Assembly: GCA_043779265.1 (NCBI GenBank)
Contig: JAYWEM010000149.1
Location: 1-17,788, forward strand
Source of the DNA: a bacterium
GTDB lineage: Bacteria > Eisenbacteria > RBG-16-71-46
Direction: 5' to 3'
DNA: 17,788 nt
Every line of letters starts with the position of its first letter. Position 1 is the first letter of the stretch. Positions 16,601 to 17,788 of this stretch are shown here, one piece after another. The notes beneath the pieces are model-generated. The model did not search any database. It was not told the DNA's origin and saw only the letters and a list, made by a program, of their open reading frames with translations. The position numbers were made by a program, and so were the translations under genes.

Positions 16601-17788
16601 CTCGATGTGCTGCACAGGGTTCGCATCGTGAGCGCGACACCGGCTGCCACGAACCCGCGCACTACCAAGCGGTTCGCGGTGGTGGGTGCAGGGCTCTACG
16701 ACATCTCGGTGCCCGCGAGCGTGTCCACGGTGGACGTGGCGGCGTTCTCGTTGGCGCACCGTTTCATCGACGAGTGCGAGGCGTTCGGCAAGCTGTTCTG
16801 GACGGACGGCACGCTCTACCGCGAATACAACCCGAAGGCGACGACGCCTCTCTCGTTCTACCGCGCGCGTTCGTCGGGCGAGATCCCGTTGCGCGGGCAG
16901 TTCATGACGCGCTTCGTGAACCGCGTCTTCATCGCGGGCTTCGCGGACGCTCCTGAGCGCGCGTGCGCGTCCAAGGCGGGCGATCCCTACGGATGGGACT
17001 TCGATCCGCCCGGAGCCTCTCCGTTCGTCACAGCGGCGTGGAGGTCGGACCTGAGCCCGTCAGGTGACTTCCCCGACATCGTGACGGGGATGGGCGCGTG
17101 GAAGGACGACTATCTCTACTTCGGCGGGGCGCGCAACGTGTTTTTGCAGCGCGGCGATCCGTTGCAGGGCGGTCGCTTCGACTCGGTGACGAGCGGGGTC
17201 GGCATGGCGTTCGGTCGCGCGTGGTGCTTCACGCCGGATGGGCGGTTCTGGTGGGTGAGCCAGGAGGCCGAGATGTGGGTGGCCAGCGTGGGCTCGATGG
17301 GCGTCGAGGCGAGGATCGTCTCGGGGCGCATCGCCAAGCGGTTACAGGATGCGATCGACTTCAACGTGGCGCGCGTCGAACTGACCTACGAGCCGCGCAC
17401 GCGCACGATCCATGTCTGGCAGATCCCGCTTGGCGCTGGCGACACGCTGTACCGGCACTTCCGGTTGCAACTGGACAAGCTCGCGTGGTGCGAGGACTCC
17501 TACGGCGCGACGGGCATCCAGCCGACCGCCGTGCGTGTCGTGGACGGTGACCAGGCGGAGGACAGGGTGATGCTGCTCGGGAGCCGCGACGGGTACATCC
17601 GCGAGTGGAACGCGGCGGCACCAGGCGACGACGGCACGCGCATCGACTCGCGTTGCCTGATCGCTTCGCTGAACGACACGTCGCGCGGGACGGAGGCGCT
17701 CGTCGAGGATGTGCGTGTGCTCATGGCTCGTGCACAGGGCGGCGCAAGGATCGAGGCATTCGCGTCGGACGAATCCGACGATCTGGGC
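13652..17788 (+). CDS. Very large tail nozzle/stabilisation-like protein (P22 gp10 / T7 gp12 position) with inserted beta-propeller and LamG-like domains; partial, at least 1379 aa
   Basis: Manual translation from ATG 13652 finds no stop up to the window end, which explains its absence from the track. MDIELPLK...ALNV...QRSG N-terminus; FVNRVFIAG...SKAGDPYGWDF and GVGMAFGRAW C-terminal nozzle-like motifs. Confidence 0.8.
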   Translation, partial: MDIELPLKMLSDILGADRQEKGTTRDALNVTPLDPVDLVEGIAQRSGQIKHTSAAVVVGTKVSHLAQIVYDNPSHTYANLASAGCVVEWDTEAENRSNVYAGARDDLGNYFYVDGAAGLVKINKSGRKVWRIALPAAEPGSIVRAVAVDLAGRIYAAVSAGVQPEDARVWCYQPIEEDKPPELLWTLEPGWLTEELWVDGATLQASQNDPIGLFSRMALYSGLGLATPTLIREWEIPYPVNGHHFSPKDGSIFTAHQPNAQRTMTPRSPETTGSREDWTPRNLDSYGLRVWSWVDADDVDGQGAGNVDYKAGEQVIALVDKTGNGRGFVPYSTDTGPTMRKGGIAGRDSLYFNGTSNSMVSEAGVSIDTQVRGINRSFLPCYTKAQFACFMVVRLPLEATTRVLLGQSNSGTENRCLTQNAGIRLIGATPTYEGAVGVAGVYESAAGASGPTILSSAVPLPGGFDETGLTLITWIHDGGYDDVAVNPTRSTFRVNGRPCDRWTSATIFASLRAVHLGRSVDGHVQFTGMGRMLGDFCESIVLSDWYVAGFASTSVLAQKQLITTPRYPDLAWSADGDTELERIEGYLAHKWGLAHKLSTGQAAVFLDTNDPLNNETVTIDGVQYTFKTSLSAGPTIANEIVRGTQHWTSLTNLYFAINGAGVAGTNYSVGTVQHPTVFSPARLYNTETTGVNVAVVVQRRDPRVFATFATSEAVGTGSWLNGAASISARDGAGVNTGHYPHSFFLFRAYNSTGGGTPISRGGPPRTNSIGVTFPSVVGALISPYGMMVKWDPANGKARNLLTTDGVGNGFELLPIGGVGYGVRIGSDGSVFTIGPRQAAVTALGISADPIDVRKYWDKGAEDTGLGATSGWATALGATAITNWEANPGAQTYAYPRMDVDEWDNVYVPIYQVANGTSLAVYAKLGIGTGSFNADPLLVLVDLTNDPKAHAVLIDPEVPEFPAGYSKPRVEKVLLLTERPTTTNLDVLHRVRIVSATPAATNPRTTKRFAVVGAGLYDISVPASVSTVDVAAFSLAHRFIDECEAFGKLFWTDGTLYREYNPKATTPLSFYRARSSGEIPLRGQFMTRFVNRVFIAGFADAPERACASKAGDPYGWDFDPPGASPFVTAAWRSDLSPSGDFPDIVTGMGAWKDDYLYFGGARNVFLQRGDPLQGGRFDSVTSGVGMAFGRAWCFTPDGRFWWVSQEAEMWVASVGSMGVEARIVSGRIAKRLQDAIDFNVARVELTYEPRTRTIHVWQIPLGAGDTLYRHFRLQLDKLAWCEDSYGATGIQPTAVRVVDGDQAEDRVMLLGSRDGYIREWNAAAPGDDGTRIDSRCLIASLNDTSRGTEALVEDVRVLMARAQGGARIEAFASDESDDLG

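Noticed and set aside
1..17788. CRISPR array, tRNA, integrase, reverse transcriptase/DGR
   Set aside because: No regularly spaced repeats, cloverleafs or catalytic motifs for these were seen.

Overview
GC-rich tailed dsDNA phage (or prophage) segment; every credible gene is on the + strand. Bases 1-3900 hold about 13 small, mostly translationally coupled early/accessory genes of unknown function. Bases 3900-4255 are non-coding, rich in hairpins and inverted repeats, and mark a flip from C/A-rich to G/T-rich + strand composition (candidate genome end, packaging site or origin). From 4260 on come small Zn-ribbon genes and a podovirus-like morphogenesis module: terS-like, terL, portal, small FmdB-like protein, scaffold, major capsid, decoration-like protein, terminator, head-tail adaptor, and a >1379-aa nozzle-like protein (13652 to past the window end, missing from the ORF track). 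The most notable signal is a six-copy bipartite element, CGTTCG-N14(15)-(C/G)CGGCT-N8-C-[A/G], seen only in the early region. It has -35/-10 geometry, and in four copies the predicted +1 is the A of a start codon. This suggests a dedicated leaderless promoter class read by an alternative or phage-encoded sigma factor. All calls are by-eye motif and synteny inferences; no searches were run.
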